NCBI GenBank assembly: GCA_959601025.1
Contig: CAUGOD010000002.1
Coordinates: forward strand, 6,173-70,172
Length of the DNA: 64,000 bases
DNA from: an uncultured Oscillospiraceae bacterium
GTDB taxonomy: Bacteria > Bacillota > Clostridia > Oscillospirales > Acutalibacteraceae
Direction: 5' to 3'
Below the pieces are notes generated by a model, which made no database searches, was not told where the DNA came from, and saw nothing but the letters and a program-made list of their open reading frames with translations. This document shows, in pieces, positions 54,638 through 64,000 of the stretch. Made by a program: the position numbers and the translations under genes. The first letter of the stretch is position 1. Every line of letters starts with the position of its first letter.

Positions 54638-57562
54638 ATGAGCACCAATGGTTCCAAACGATGGAGAAGAATCCTCGCCGCCCTTGCGGCAGGTATGCTG
54701 CTGGTCTCGGCCGCGCCCTGGGGCGCTCTGGCGGAAAAGGCGGATAAAGCGGGCGAAACGGGAAGGCTGCCGGAGGCGGCGGAGGGCGCCGCTTCGGATA
54801 TTCCGGACTATTTCGGCTACACCCAGGTGCATGGAGAGCAGCCGCGGGCGAAGATGCCGGTCACCCTTCCGGCCAAGGAAGGCGCGCTTTCCGAAAACGA
54901 CGCGGAACGCCGGGCGGAGTACGAGGGAGAGACGGACGTTGCCATCCTTCAAAACGGCGGCTGGATCGAATGGAGCTTTACCTTATCGGAATCCGCCCTG
55001 TATACCCTGGATCTGCGGTATATCGCTCTTCCAGGGACTGGCCGCGACCTGAAAGCGGCATTCGCCCTGGATGGAGCGGCCCCCTTCTTTGGCGCGTCAG
55101 AGCTGGTGCTGAACCGCGTCTGGAAGGACGAGGAAAAGGGGGAGATGGCGCAGGATAAGCAGGGCAACGACCTGATTCCCAATCAGGTCGAGGTGTTTGA
55201 ATACCAGAACCTGCTGCTGACCGACAACTCGGGCTTCCTTTCCGGGGCCTTTGAGGTATATCTGGAGGCGGGAGAGCACACCATCCGTCTGACCAATAAC
55301 GACGATGCGATGGGCGTCGCCTCCCTGACACTGGCCGGGAAGGAGGAGCTCCCCTCCTACGCCGAGGTGAAGGCGGAATACGACGAGATGGGTTACCGGC
55401 CGGTGGGCGGGGCGTACGTCGAACAGCAGGCGGAAAAGACGGAAAAGAAGTCGAGCCAGATTCTGTATCCGGTGTACGACCACACCGAAGCCGCCACCGT
55501 CCCCAACGATCCGGCCAAAATCCGCCGGAATGTCATCGGCCAGTCCAACTGGTCGGATTCCGGCATGTGGATCACTTACCAGGTGGAGGCGCCGGAGGAG
55601 GGGCTTTACCTTCTTTCAATAAAATACCGGCAGAATTCTCAGCTGGGGATGTCCACCTACCGCAATATTTACGTCAACGGAGAAATTCCCTTCCGGGAAT
55701 TTGAGAACGTGTCCTTTCCCTTCAACTTCAACTGGCGGAACATGACTGTTTCCGACGCGGAGGGCAACCCCTGCTATGTCTACCTGAGGAAGGGGACGAA
55801 CGAGATCCGGCTGGAAGCGACGGTCGGCAAATGGACCGATATCCTGCAGGAGGTCAACGCCCTCAACACGGAGATGAACAACCTTTACCGCCGGATTATC
55901 GTGGTGACCAGCACCAGCCCGGACACCTACCGCGATTATCAGCTGGACGTGGAGATCGACGGGCTGGTGGATACGCTGCAGCGCCTGTCGGACTCCCTGT
56001 CCTCCCTGGCGGATACCTTTGACGCGGTCAACGGGGAAAAATCCACCCAGTCCGAAACCCTTCGCCGGGTGGCGGAGCAGCTCCAGAGCTTTGCGGAGGA
56101 CCCGGACGAGATTCCGTCCCGTCTGGGAAATTTCCGGGATAATATCGGCACCATTTCCACCTGGCTGCTGAACAATGTGAAGCAGCCGCTGGAGATTGAT
56201 TACTTCGTGTTCCGCTCCACGGATCAGGAGCTTCCCGCCGCAAAGGCCGGCTTCTTCCAGAGTCTCTGGTTCGGGGTGCGGCAGTTCTTGGCGACCTTCA
56301 GCAGCGATTACAACAGCATGGATGACTGGGAGACGGACGAGGCGATTACGGTATGGTCGACCGACGGCCGAGACCAGGTGCAGGTGCTGAAGGACCTGAT
56401 TACCAACGAATTCACGCCCCAGACCGGTATCCGCGTCAATCTGAACGTGGTACAGACCGGCTTTATTGAAGCAACCCTCGCCGGGCTCGCTCCGGACGTC
56501 GGCATCGGCATGGCCCGCGGCCAGCCCGTCAACCTGGCCTGCCGCGGCGCGCTGGTGGACCTCAGCCAGTTTGATACCTTCGGCGAGGTGATGGCCCGCT
56601 TTTCGGAGGACGCGGCCGTACCCTATCAGTACGACGGCGCGACATACGCCCTGCCGGTTACCCAGCTTTTCTTCATGATGTTCTACCGCACCGATATTTT
56701 CGGGGAGCTGGGCTTGGCCGTTCCCCAGACCTGGGACGAGGTGGACGACGTGGTCGCGGTGCTCCAGCGGAAGAACATGACCATGGGCCTGCCTTATACC
56801 ACCGTTACCGCCCAGACGGCGGTGGATACCGGCGTAGGCGCGAAGGACCTGTTCTCCCTCCTCCTGCTCCAGTATGGCGGGACCTATTACAACGAGGATC
56901 AGACCGCCACCGCGCTGGATTCCCGCGTGGCGCTGGACGCGTTTAAGCGGTGGACGGGATACTATACCGAATTGGGCTTCGACCTGACCTACGATTTCAA
57001 CACCCGCTTCCGTACCGGCGAAATGCCCCTCGCCATCCAGAGCGTGGGTATGTACAGCACCCTGCAGGCCGCCGCTCCGGAAATCCGGGGACAGTGGGCG
57101 ATGGCGCCGGTTCCCGGCATCGAGCGGGGGGATGGGAGCATCGACCGCTCGGTCGGCGCTTCCGGCACGGCCGGCGTAATCTTTGAAAAGGCGGAAAACA
57201 AGGAGGCCTGCTGGAGGTTCCTCGACTGGTACACCAGCACCGAAACCCAGAAGGAGTTCGGCGCCCGGGTGGAAAACCTGCTCGGCCCGGCCGCCCGGTA
57301 TCAGACCGCCAACATCGAGGCCTTCAACGACCTGCCCTGGAGCAGCGCCGAACTGGAGAACCTCGAGTTTCAGCGGAGCTTTGTGAAGGAGATTCCGGAG
57401 GTTCCCGGCAGTTATTTCGTCGCCCGCTGTCTCGACAACGCTTTCCGCGACGTGTTGTACAGCAGTAAGAATCCCCGGACGGCGCTGGAGGCGGAAAACG
57501 AGAACATCAACCGGGAGCTCGAGCGCAAGCGTATCGAGCTGCGCTCCCGGAAAACGCGCTGA
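54638..57562 (+). CDS. giant extracellular solute-binding protein (cluster B paralog of 20414..23299)
   Basis: Start MSTNGSKRWRRILAALAAGMLLVSAAPWGALA (a GTG at 54629 is also possible). Same architecture and many shared blocks with the cluster A SBP (…YRDYQLD…, …QPLEIDY…, …FYRTDIFGELGLAVPQTWDEV…). Confidence 0.8.
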   Translation: MSTNGSKRWRRILAALAAGMLLVSAAPWGALAEKADKAGETGRLPEAAEGAASDIPDYFGYTQVHGEQPRAKMPVTLPAKEGALSENDAERRAEYEGETDVAILQNGGWIEWSFTLSESALYTLDLRYIALPGTGRDLKAAFALDGAAPFFGASELVLNRVWKDEEKGEMAQDKQGNDLIPNQVEVFEYQNLLLTDNSGFLSGAFEVYLEAGEHTIRLTNNDDAMGVASLTLAGKEELPSYAEVKAEYDEMGYRPVGGAYVEQQAEKTEKKSSQILYPVYDHTEAATVPNDPAKIRRNVIGQSNWSDSGMWITYQVEAPEEGLYLLSIKYRQNSQLGMSTYRNIYVNGEIPFREFENVSFPFNFNWRNMTVSDAEGNPCYVYLRKGTNEIRLEATVGKWTDILQEVNALNTEMNNLYRRIIVVTSTSPDTYRDYQLDVEIDGLVDTLQRLSDSLSSLADTFDAVNGEKSTQSETLRRVAEQLQSFAEDPDEIPSRLGNFRDNIGTISTWLLNNVKQPLEIDYFVFRSTDQELPAAKAGFFQSLWFGVRQFLATFSSDYNSMDDWETDEAITVWSTDGRDQVQVLKDLITNEFTPQTGIRVNLNVVQTGFIEATLAGLAPDVGIGMARGQPVNLACRGALVDLSQFDTFGEVMARFSEDAAVPYQYDGATYALPVTQLFFMMFYRTDIFGELGLAVPQTWDEVDDVVAVLQRKNMTMGLPYTTVTAQTAVDTGVGAKDLFSLLLLQYGGTYYNEDQTATALDSRVALDAFKRWTGYYTELGFDLTYDFNTRFRTGEMPLAIQSVGMYSTLQAAAPEIRGQWAMAPVPGIERGDGSIDRSVGASGTAGVIFEKAENKEACWRFLDWYTSTETQKEFGARVENLLGPAARYQTANIEAFNDLPWSSAELENLEFQRSFVKEIPEVPGSYFVARCLDNAFRDVLYSSKNPRTALEAENENINRELERKRIELRSRKTR

Positions 57563-57621
57563 AAACCAACGAAACAAAGCCGTTCGCCTGCCGGCGGACG
57601 GCGTGCGGGAAGGGCTTGATT

Positions 57622-58557
57622 ATGACTATGCACCATCTGCATCGGAGGAAACGCTATCCGCGCGGCTATCTTCGGCAGGAACTGAAAAGGGCCCGCGTCA
57701 GCTATCTGCTGATGGCGCCGTTTCTGTTTTTCTTTATCCTGCTTACGGTGATCCCGGTGCTGGCGTCCATCTTTTTCAGCTTTACCTATTTCAATATGCT
57801 GGAGCCGCCGACCTTCGTGGGCCTGATGAACTACGAGCGGATGTTCCTGGACGACGGCACCTTCCTGATTGTCCTGAAAAATACCCTGCTGTTCGCCTTT
57901 GTCACCGGGCCGATCAGCTACCTGATTTCCTTTTTCTGCGCGTGGCTGATCAATGAGTTCGGGCCGAAGCTCCGCTCGGTCTTCACCCTGGCGTTTTATG
58001 CGCCGGTGCTGACCGGCAATCTCTTCTTCATCTGGACCTACCTGTTCAGCGGCGACCAGTACGGCATCGTGAACAGCACCCTGATGAACCTGGGCATTCT
58101 GGGCGACCCGGTTCAGTGGCTTAGCGACCCGAAAACCGTGCTGCCCGTGCTGATGATTGTCCAGCTTTGGGCAAGCCTTGGCACCGGCTTTCTCGCCTTT
58201 ATCGCCGGGTTCCAGAGCATGGACAAAAGCCTGTTCGAAGCGGCTTCGATCGACGGGATCAAGAACCGCTGGCAGGAGCTGTGGTACGTCACCATCCCGT
58301 CGATGGCTCCCCAGCTGATGTTCTCCGCCGTGATGCAGATCGCCGCCTCCTTCGGCGTGCGGGAGATTATCCAGATGCTCGCCGGCTTCCCCACCACCCA
58401 GTACAGCGCCGACACCATCGTGACCTATATCCTCGATATCGGCACCGTGCGGTTTGAGATGGGATACGCCTCCGCGATCGCGGTGTTCCTGTTTCTGCTG
58501 ATGCTGCTGACCAATTTCATCATAACCCACGCGCTGAAGAGGTTCAGCGTGGATTGA
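57622..58557 (+). CDS. sugar ABC transporter permease (MalF-like), cluster B
   Basis: Start MTMHHLHRRKRY with RBS GGGAAGG. Paralog of 19428..20375. Confidence 0.85.
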   Translation: MTMHHLHRRKRYPRGYLRQELKRARVSYLLMAPFLFFFILLTVIPVLASIFFSFTYFNMLEPPTFVGLMNYERMFLDDGTFLIVLKNTLLFAFVTGPISYLISFFCAWLINEFGPKLRSVFTLAFYAPVLTGNLFFIWTYLFSGDQYGIVNSTLMNLGILGDPVQWLSDPKTVLPVLMIVQLWASLGTGFLAFIAGFQSMDKSLFEAASIDGIKNRWQELWYVTIPSMAPQLMFSAVMQIAASFGVREIIQMLAGFPTTQYSADTIVTYILDIGTVRFEMGYASAIAVFLFLLMLLTNFIITHALKRFSVD

Positions 58558-58622
58558 CGCCGCAGGCCCCTTCTCCGGCTGGATGGAGCGGGGCCGCCGA
58601 ATGAAACGCAAAGGGTGATTCT

Positions 58623-59480
58623 GTGACCAAGGGACTCTTTAAAAAGAACATCAATCGTTCGATAGGCGGCAATCTGCTGGTGTTTTTGGTTGTACTGCTC
58701 CTGGCATGCTTTATGCTGCTGCCGATTGTGTATGCCGTGAGCTCCGCTTTCAAGCCGCTGGATGAAATATTCATTTTTCCGCCGCGGATGTTCGTGCGCA
58801 AGCCCACGCTGGACAATTTCGTCCAGCTTGCGCAGATAACCAGCTCCTCCTGGGTTCCGCTCAGCCGGTACATATTCAACTCCCTGTTTGTCAGCGCGGC
58901 AGGCACCGTCGGCCATATGCTGATGGCCAGCATGGCGGCCTATCCGCTCGCCAAGCATCACTTCATCGGGCAGCGGACCATTTCCGGCGTGGTGAAGCTC
59001 TCCCTGCTGTTCACCTCGGCGGTCACGGCGATCCCGCAGTATATCGTGATGTCCAGCATCGGGATCGTCAATACCTACTGGGCGCTGATCTTTCCGGCTT
59101 TTCAGGCGGCGCTCGGCCTGTACCTGATGCAGAGCTTCATGGGCCAGATTCCGGAGGAGATGCTGGAGGCGGCCCGGATCGACGGCGCGGGCGAGCTGCG
59201 GATATTTTGGCGGATTGTGATGCCGAACGTCAAGCCCGCTTGGCTGACCGTGATTATTTTTTCCTTCCAGACGGTATGGAACAACGTCGGCTCCAGCGTG
59301 ATTTATGATGAAAAGATCAAGCTGCTGGGTTCCCTGTTGACCCAGGTGACGGCCGCCGGCACCGCCCGCGCGGGCGCGGGCGCGGCGCTGGGCCTGATCC
59401 TGATGATCCCGCCGATCCTGCTGTTCGTTCTCTCGCAGCGCCGGGTCATCGAAACCATGTCCACCTCGGGCATGAAGTAG
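58623..59480 (+). CDS. carbohydrate ABC transporter permease (MalG-like), cluster B
   Basis: GTG start with AAAGGG RBS. …AARIDGAGELRIFWRIVMPNVKPA… Paralog of 18426..19334. Confidence 0.85.
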   Translation: MTKGLFKKNINRSIGGNLLVFLVVLLLACFMLLPIVYAVSSAFKPLDEIFIFPPRMFVRKPTLDNFVQLAQITSSSWVPLSRYIFNSLFVSAAGTVGHMLMASMAAYPLAKHHFIGQRTISGVVKLSLLFTSAVTAIPQYIVMSSIGIVNTYWALIFPAFQAALGLYLMQSFMGQIPEEMLEAARIDGAGELRIFWRIVMPNVKPAWLTVIIFSFQTVWNNVGSSVIYDEKIKLLGSLLTQVTAAGTARAGAGAALGLILMIPPILLFVLSQRRVIETMSTSGMK

Positions 59481-59568
59481 GAGGGGCGCCCGTTCCCGTC
59501 CAGAATTTTGCGATCTTCGGGGCGAAACCGCCTCGTCAGAAAGCCGGAAAGGCGTGATTTGGATTACC

Positions 59569-61671
59569 ATGAAGGCGATGAAGAAAAAGCGGCGCGGCGC
59601 CGGCGGTCCAGCGCTGCTGGCGGCACTACTGGCCTCCCTGCTTTGTTTTCCCGGCGCGGCCGAGGGAACGTCTTTCAGCTATACCTACGATTACTGGAAG
59701 AATTCGGTGGAGGTTCCCACTCCCTATACGGCGGAAAAGCCGGTCACCGGCGAAGCACTGGGGCAGGGGAGTCTCAGCACGCCGCAGGACCTGTACGTTA
59801 CCAAAGCGGGAGATATATATATCCTCGATTCCGGCAACAGCCGGATCCTGAAGCTGGACGGCGCGCTTCAGTGTCAGGAGACGATCACCCTGAAAGACGC
59901 GGCCGGAACGCCGATTGAATTTCAGGATGCGCAGGGAATTTTTGTCGAGGAGAGCGGGCGGCTTTATGTGGCGGACAAAAAGGCCCGGACGGTATATGTC
60001 GCGGAAAGCGGCGGCTCGGTCGTTCAGCAGATCGGCGCGCCCCCGGCCGACAAGGTGACCGACGATTTCGACTATACCCCCGCGAAGGTGGCGGTGAATT
60101 CGGCCGGCATTATCTATGTGATTTCCGCCAACACCTATTCCGGCGCGCTGATGTACGAGCCAAACGGCCAGTTCATCGGCTTCTATGGTGCGGAACGGGT
60201 GGCGGTTACGCCGCAGCTGCTGCTCCAGCGCTTCTGGAAAAGCATTCTGAGCGAGGAAGCGGCCTCCGGTATTATGCGGAGCGTTCCGACCTCCTTCATC
60301 AACTTTGACCTGGACGACGGCAATTTCGTGTACACCATCAAGGGCGGCACGGCCCGCGGGGTCGGCCAGGTCCGGAAGCTGAATTCCCTTGGCGAGAACA
60401 TCCTGTTCAACGAGGAGGGGGCGCAGGCGGCCTTTGGGGACCTCGACACCTATTACGACAACCAGACCAACAGCGATATCACCACCACCCTCAACGACAT
60501 TTCGGTGGATGAGGACGGCTTCATCACTGTGACCGACAGCACCCGGGCCAGGGTTTTCCAGTACGACCAGAACAGCAACCTGCTTTACGCCTTCGGCGGG
60601 CAGGCCAACCAGTACGGCACCTTCCAGTCCCCGGTGGCGGTGGATTCGGTCGGGGATCGGCTGCTGGTGCTGGACGCAGGGGCGAACTGCCTCCATGTGT
60701 TCACCCCCACCTCCTTTGGCGCGAACGTCCGCCGGGCTATCCTGCTGTACAACGACGGTCAGTATGAAGAAGCGCTGGAGCCGTGGGAAGCCATCCTGGC
60801 TGAGGACGCCAACTATGAGCTGGCCAACGTCGGCATGGGCAAAATCTACGAGCAGACCGGCGAGTACGACAAGGCGATGGAGTATTACCGCCGCGGCAAC
60901 TACCGTACGGGCTATTCCGATACCTTCAAGGAGGAACGGGCGGATTTCATCCGCGGAGCCTTCCCGGTCATTCTGGCTCTGATCGTTCTGCTGGTGCTCG
61001 GCATGGTGCTCTATACCCGCTATAAAGAGAAGCGCCGGAAGAGCGATTATGAAGTCACCTTCAGCAAATGGCGGTACCCTTTCCAGGTCAGCCTGCATCC
61101 TTTCAAGTCGTATTACGATCTGAAGGTGGAGAAGAAGGGCTCTGTCCTGATGGCGAACCTGATCGTTTTCGCCTTTTTTGTCACCAGCATTGTCCACAGC
61201 CAGCTGACCGGCTTCCATTTCAACGAAAACCGCACCGACCAGTTCAATGTCTTCGTATCCCTGGCGACTACCGTCGGCGTGTTCGTCGTCTGGGTGGTGT
61301 GTAACTGGGCGGTCAGCACCCTGGCCGACGGCGAAGGAACCTTTAAGGAAATTTGGATTTTCACGGCTTACGCGATCCTGCCCTATGTGATCGGCCTGAT
61401 CGTCCTGACGGTCCTCAGCAACGCCTTCACGCTGGAGGAAGCGAGCTTCTATCAAATCGCGCAGGCGATCGTATATATCTGGACCGGCGCGAACCTGCTG
61501 ATGGCGACCCGGGAGGTCCACCAGTATTCGATGGCGAAAACCATTGCGATCATGCTGGGTACCCTGCTGGGAATTTTCCTGGTGCTGCTTTTCGTAACCA
61601 TCGCCTACAGCATGTTTACCCAGCTGGTCAGCTTTATCGGTATGATTTATAACGAAATCCGCCTGAAATAG
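59569..61671 (+). CDS. NHL-repeat / Yip1-domain membrane protein, cluster B paralog
   Basis: Signal peptide MKAMKKKRRGAGGPALLAALLASLLCFPGAAEG. NHL-type repeats (DIYILDSGNSRILKLD, RLYVADKKARTVYVAE). C-terminal Yip1-like TM bundle. Start uncertain (GTG 59554 / ATG 59569 / ATG 59578). Confidence 0.75.
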   Translation: MKAMKKKRRGAGGPALLAALLASLLCFPGAAEGTSFSYTYDYWKNSVEVPTPYTAEKPVTGEALGQGSLSTPQDLYVTKAGDIYILDSGNSRILKLDGALQCQETITLKDAAGTPIEFQDAQGIFVEESGRLYVADKKARTVYVAESGGSVVQQIGAPPADKVTDDFDYTPAKVAVNSAGIIYVISANTYSGALMYEPNGQFIGFYGAERVAVTPQLLLQRFWKSILSEEAASGIMRSVPTSFINFDLDDGNFVYTIKGGTARGVGQVRKLNSLGENILFNEEGAQAAFGDLDTYYDNQTNSDITTTLNDISVDEDGFITVTDSTRARVFQYDQNSNLLYAFGGQANQYGTFQSPVAVDSVGDRLLVLDAGANCLHVFTPTSFGANVRRAILLYNDGQYEEALEPWEAILAEDANYELANVGMGKIYEQTGEYDKAMEYYRRGNYRTGYSDTFKEERADFIRGAFPVILALIVLLVLGMVLYTRYKEKRRKSDYEVTFSKWRYPFQVSLHPFKSYYDLKVEKKGSVLMANLIVFAFFVTSIVHSQLTGFHFNENRTDQFNVFVSLATTVGVFVVWVVCNWAVSTLADGEGTFKEIWIFTAYAILPYVIGLIVLTVLSNAFTLEEASFYQIAQAIVYIWTGANLLMATREVHQYSMAKTIAIMLGTLLGIFLVLLFVTIAYSMFTQLVSFIGMIYNEIRLK

Positions 61672-61772
61672 CGGAGCGACGGGCGGACTCTCTCCGCCAA
61701 CCAGCGCGGGCGGCGTATCGCCCTTTTTCAAGAAGGATGTTCGTCCCAGCGGGCGGAAAATCCGGAAAGGAC

Positions 61773-64000
61773 ATGGATTTTGTTATGAAGAAAGGGAAAG
61801 TCATTCTGAGCGCCGCCGTTTCCCTGGCGGCGGTGGCGGCGATTGTCCTGCTGTTCATTACCATCGCCCGGCCGTCCCAGTCCGCCGGATCGGGGACGGG
61901 AGAGGGGGAGGGGACGAGCGGGACGAATATCCAGTTTACCCCCTCCAACAACCACGAGGACGGGTTCACGGTGGTGGCGGAAAACGCCTCTCTGCGGCTG
62001 AGCGCGAACATGAAGCAGGGGTATATCCGGCTGGAGGATAAGGAAAGCGGAGCGGTCTGGGACAGCTCTCCCGATGGTTACGACACGGACGAGAATTTGA
62101 AGGGCGCGGCCAAGGTGTCGCTCGGTTCCCTGCTGAACATCAAGTACGCCGACCGCGATTCCAATACCACCACCCAGAACGCCCGTGCGGGCGTAGTGCT
62201 CAAGGATAACCTGAACGCCGAACCGATTGCAAACGGCGTGCGGTTCGAGCTGTATTTTGAAAAGGAAGGCTTTCTGATCCCGGTGGAGATCACATTGGAG
62301 GAAACCGGCCTGAAGGTGAACGTCCCAATCCAGGAGATTGAGGAGGAGTCCGACGACCTGAAGCTGACCGGGATTATCCCGCTGCCGAACTTTGGTGCGG
62401 CCGGCGCGGAGGAGGAAGGCTACTTCCTTGTTCCGGACGGTTCGGGCGCGCTGATTGAATTCAATCAGCGCGGTTCCTTCGCCGAGTATTCGCAGGAAAT
62501 CTATGGCAGAGACCTCGCGGTGATTGACGCGACCCGGAAGACAAAGACACAGACCGCCCGTCTGCCGGTGTTCGGCATGAAGAAGGGAGATGCGGCGTTC
62601 CTGGCGATCATCACCGAGGGGGACGCCCGCGCGGCGGTGAACGCCGCGGTCCGCAGCAGCAAAAGCCCCTATAACGTGGGAAACGTGGAGTTTACCTATC
62701 GTGACAGCGCGACGGTGGAGGTCAGCCAGAAAACCTTTGAGTCCACCAAGGTGAATATGTTCGAACCCGCCCGCTCCCAGTTGGAGTCCTTTACGGTGGA
62801 ATACCGTTTCCTCAGCGGCGGGGAAGCCGATTATGTGGGGATGGCGCAGGCCTACCGGCGGTATCTTGCCGAGGAAGAAGGGGTGGAACCGGTGGAGACC
62901 GGGGAGACCACGCCGCTTACCCTGTCCCTGCTGGGCGGCGTGATGCGGCAGGAAAGCGTGCTCGGCATCCCGGTCAACCAGGTGGCGCCGATCACCTCTT
63001 ACGAGGACGTCCGTACCCTGGCTCAGACCCTGCTTGACAGCGGGGTGAAGGACGTGACCTTCCAGTACCTCAGCTGGGGAAAGGGTGGAACTCAGAACCG
63101 CATCCCGGTCGGTCTCTCGGCCGAGGGAGGGCTCGGCGGCATGAGCCAGCTGAAAAAGACCCTCTCTCTGCTTCAGGAAAACGGCATGGAGATGTATCTG
63201 GACGTCAACCTCACCGACATCCAAAAAAGCATCTGGGGCTTCAACGGAAATTATGATTCCGCCAAGTCGGTGCAGAAGGAACCGGCTATCGAATACCAGT
63301 ACAAGATGAGCACCTTTCAGCAGGATTCGCTGGGGACCATGACCTTCCTGCTCAGTCCGCGGAAGATTCTGGAGGCCAGCCAAAGGATCGCGGCCAAAGC
63401 GCAGAAGCTGGAATTCGCCGGTTTTTCCGCCGCCACCCTTTCGGAGAAGATGTATTCCGATTTCGGCGACAGCCACGTTGATCGGGGCAGCGGGGAAGCG
63501 ATCTGGCGGCAGGCGATGGAAAATCTGGCGGGGGCGAAGGGGGCGCTGATGGCGTCCGAGCCGAACGCCTACGCCTTTTCGAGCGCTACGCTGCTCACCG
63601 ACGTACCGATCGATACCAGCGACTTCACGGCCCAGACCGAGGCGGTCCCCTTCTACCAGATCGCCCTGCACGGGCTGATCCCGATGACCACGCCGTCGGT
63701 GAACAGTTTCACCGACGAACGGTTCTGCGTGCTGAAGGCGGTGGAAACCGGCATCGGCCTGAAATACACGCTGGGGATGCAAAACATTGAAAAGCTGCGG
63801 GAAACCGACGCGGCCGGCCTGTATTATATTGATGCAAAGAGGTGGACGGAACAGGCGATCGACGATTACAAAGAGGTGTCCGCCGTCATCTCCCGCTTTG
63901 CCGGGGAGGAAATCCGGAACCACGAGAAGCTGGCGGACGGCGTTTACAGGACCACCTTTGAATCCGGCGCGGTGGTCGTCAATTATACCGATGCGGACGT
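61773..64000 (+). CDS. large membrane-anchored protein, paralog of 13737..16268 (3' end beyond window)
   Basis: Manual translation MDFVMKKGKVILSAAVSLAAVAAIVLLFITIARP… (N-terminal signal anchor) continues open to 64000. Not in the ORF track because it runs off the end. The 61728..63923(-) track ORF is its antisense. Start 61773 or 61785. Confidence 0.7.
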   Translation, partial: MDFVMKKGKVILSAAVSLAAVAAIVLLFITIARPSQSAGSGTGEGEGTSGTNIQFTPSNNHEDGFTVVAENASLRLSANMKQGYIRLEDKESGAVWDSSPDGYDTDENLKGAAKVSLGSLLNIKYADRDSNTTTQNARAGVVLKDNLNAEPIANGVRFELYFEKEGFLIPVEITLEETGLKVNVPIQEIEEESDDLKLTGIIPLPNFGAAGAEEEGYFLVPDGSGALIEFNQRGSFAEYSQEIYGRDLAVIDATRKTKTQTARLPVFGMKKGDAAFLAIITEGDARAAVNAAVRSSKSPYNVGNVEFTYRDSATVEVSQKTFESTKVNMFEPARSQLESFTVEYRFLSGGEADYVGMAQAYRRYLAEEEGVEPVETGETTPLTLSLLGGVMRQESVLGIPVNQVAPITSYEDVRTLAQTLLDSGVKDVTFQYLSWGKGGTQNRIPVGLSAEGGLGGMSQLKKTLSLLQENGMEMYLDVNLTDIQKSIWGFNGNYDSAKSVQKEPAIEYQYKMSTFQQDSLGTMTFLLSPRKILEASQRIAAKAQKLEFAGFSAATLSEKMYSDFGDSHVDRGSGEAIWRQAMENLAGAKGALMASEPNAYAFSSATLLTDVPIDTSDFTAQTEAVPFYQIALHGLIPMTTPSVNSFTDERFCVLKAVETGIGLKYTLGMQNIEKLRETDAAGLYYIDAKRWTEQAIDDYKEVSAVISRFAGEEIRNHEKLADGVYRTTFESGAVVVNYTDAD

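Noticed and set aside
55616-63923. Series of long minus-strand ORFs (653, 399, 381, 701 and 731 aa) across cluster B
   Set aside because: All lie antisense to well-supported plus-strand SBP, permease, NHL/Yip1 and large-protein genes. Translations are compositionally biased and domain-free.
1-64000. Mobile elements, prophage, toxin-antitoxin or defence systems
   Set aside because: Looked for transposase, integrase, recombinase, phage structural genes and Cas-like ORFs on both strands and found none. The duplicated cassette is diverged at protein level, so it is not a recent transposition.

Overview
This 64-kb window is high-GC (~65%) bacterial chromosome. The gene content suggests a Gram-positive anaerobe of the Clostridia type; this is inference from the Rnf complex, ATPase-less CUT1-type sugar ABC cassettes, (S/P)PXTG sortase signals and tRNAs closely resembling Bacillus tRNA-Glu/tRNA-Met, and is not a database result. 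The window is dominated by carbohydrate-utilisation genes.

1. Left end (1-7147, minus strand): a Gfo/Idh/MocA oxidoreductase pair, a sugar-phosphate isomerase/epimerase and two AraC-type regulators. One regulator is a 1037-aa fusion of AraC, a CBM-like beta-sandwich and a degenerate GDPD-like domain.

2. Cluster A (7255-25038, minus strand): an ~18-kb co-directional array. A cytoplasmic TIM-barrel-like protein is followed by a ~960-aa substrate-binding protein (SBP) with two N-terminal beta-sandwich modules, two permeases, an NHL-repeat/Yip1 membrane protein, an ~840-aa lipoprotein, a second SBP/permease set, a membrane-anchored CBM-like protein and a lipoprotein paralog of the first gene.

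3. 25385-31654: a secreted multi-CBM-like protein carrying a near-identical ~480-bp internal duplication, an AraC regulator and a divergently transcribed GH31 hydrolase.

4. Housekeeping island (31719-47129): birA-bioY-bioB-bioD with a textbook BirA operator, an ACT protein, an Fe-alcohol dehydrogenase flanked by a palindromic repeat family, a NusG_II/Gx-transporter pair, an rnfC-(SUFU-like)-rnfDGEAB operon, a tRNA-Met/Glu/Val cluster with consensus promoter and terminator, mnmA and nadA.

5. 47553-52919: three consecutive secreted proteins ending in SPSTG / SPVTG / SPATG sorting signals. One is a metallophosphoesterase-FN3-LamG protein.

6. Cluster B (53592-64000, plus strand): an AraC regulator followed by a diverged, inverted copy of the cluster A cassette (large SBP, two permeases, NHL/Yip1 protein, large membrane-anchored protein, the last truncated by the window end).

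No transposase, integrase, CRISPR array or rRNA was seen. Many long ORFs in the six-frame track are antisense artefacts of high GC and were not called. All start coordinates were refined by hand from RBS and start-codon inspection and may be off by a few codons.
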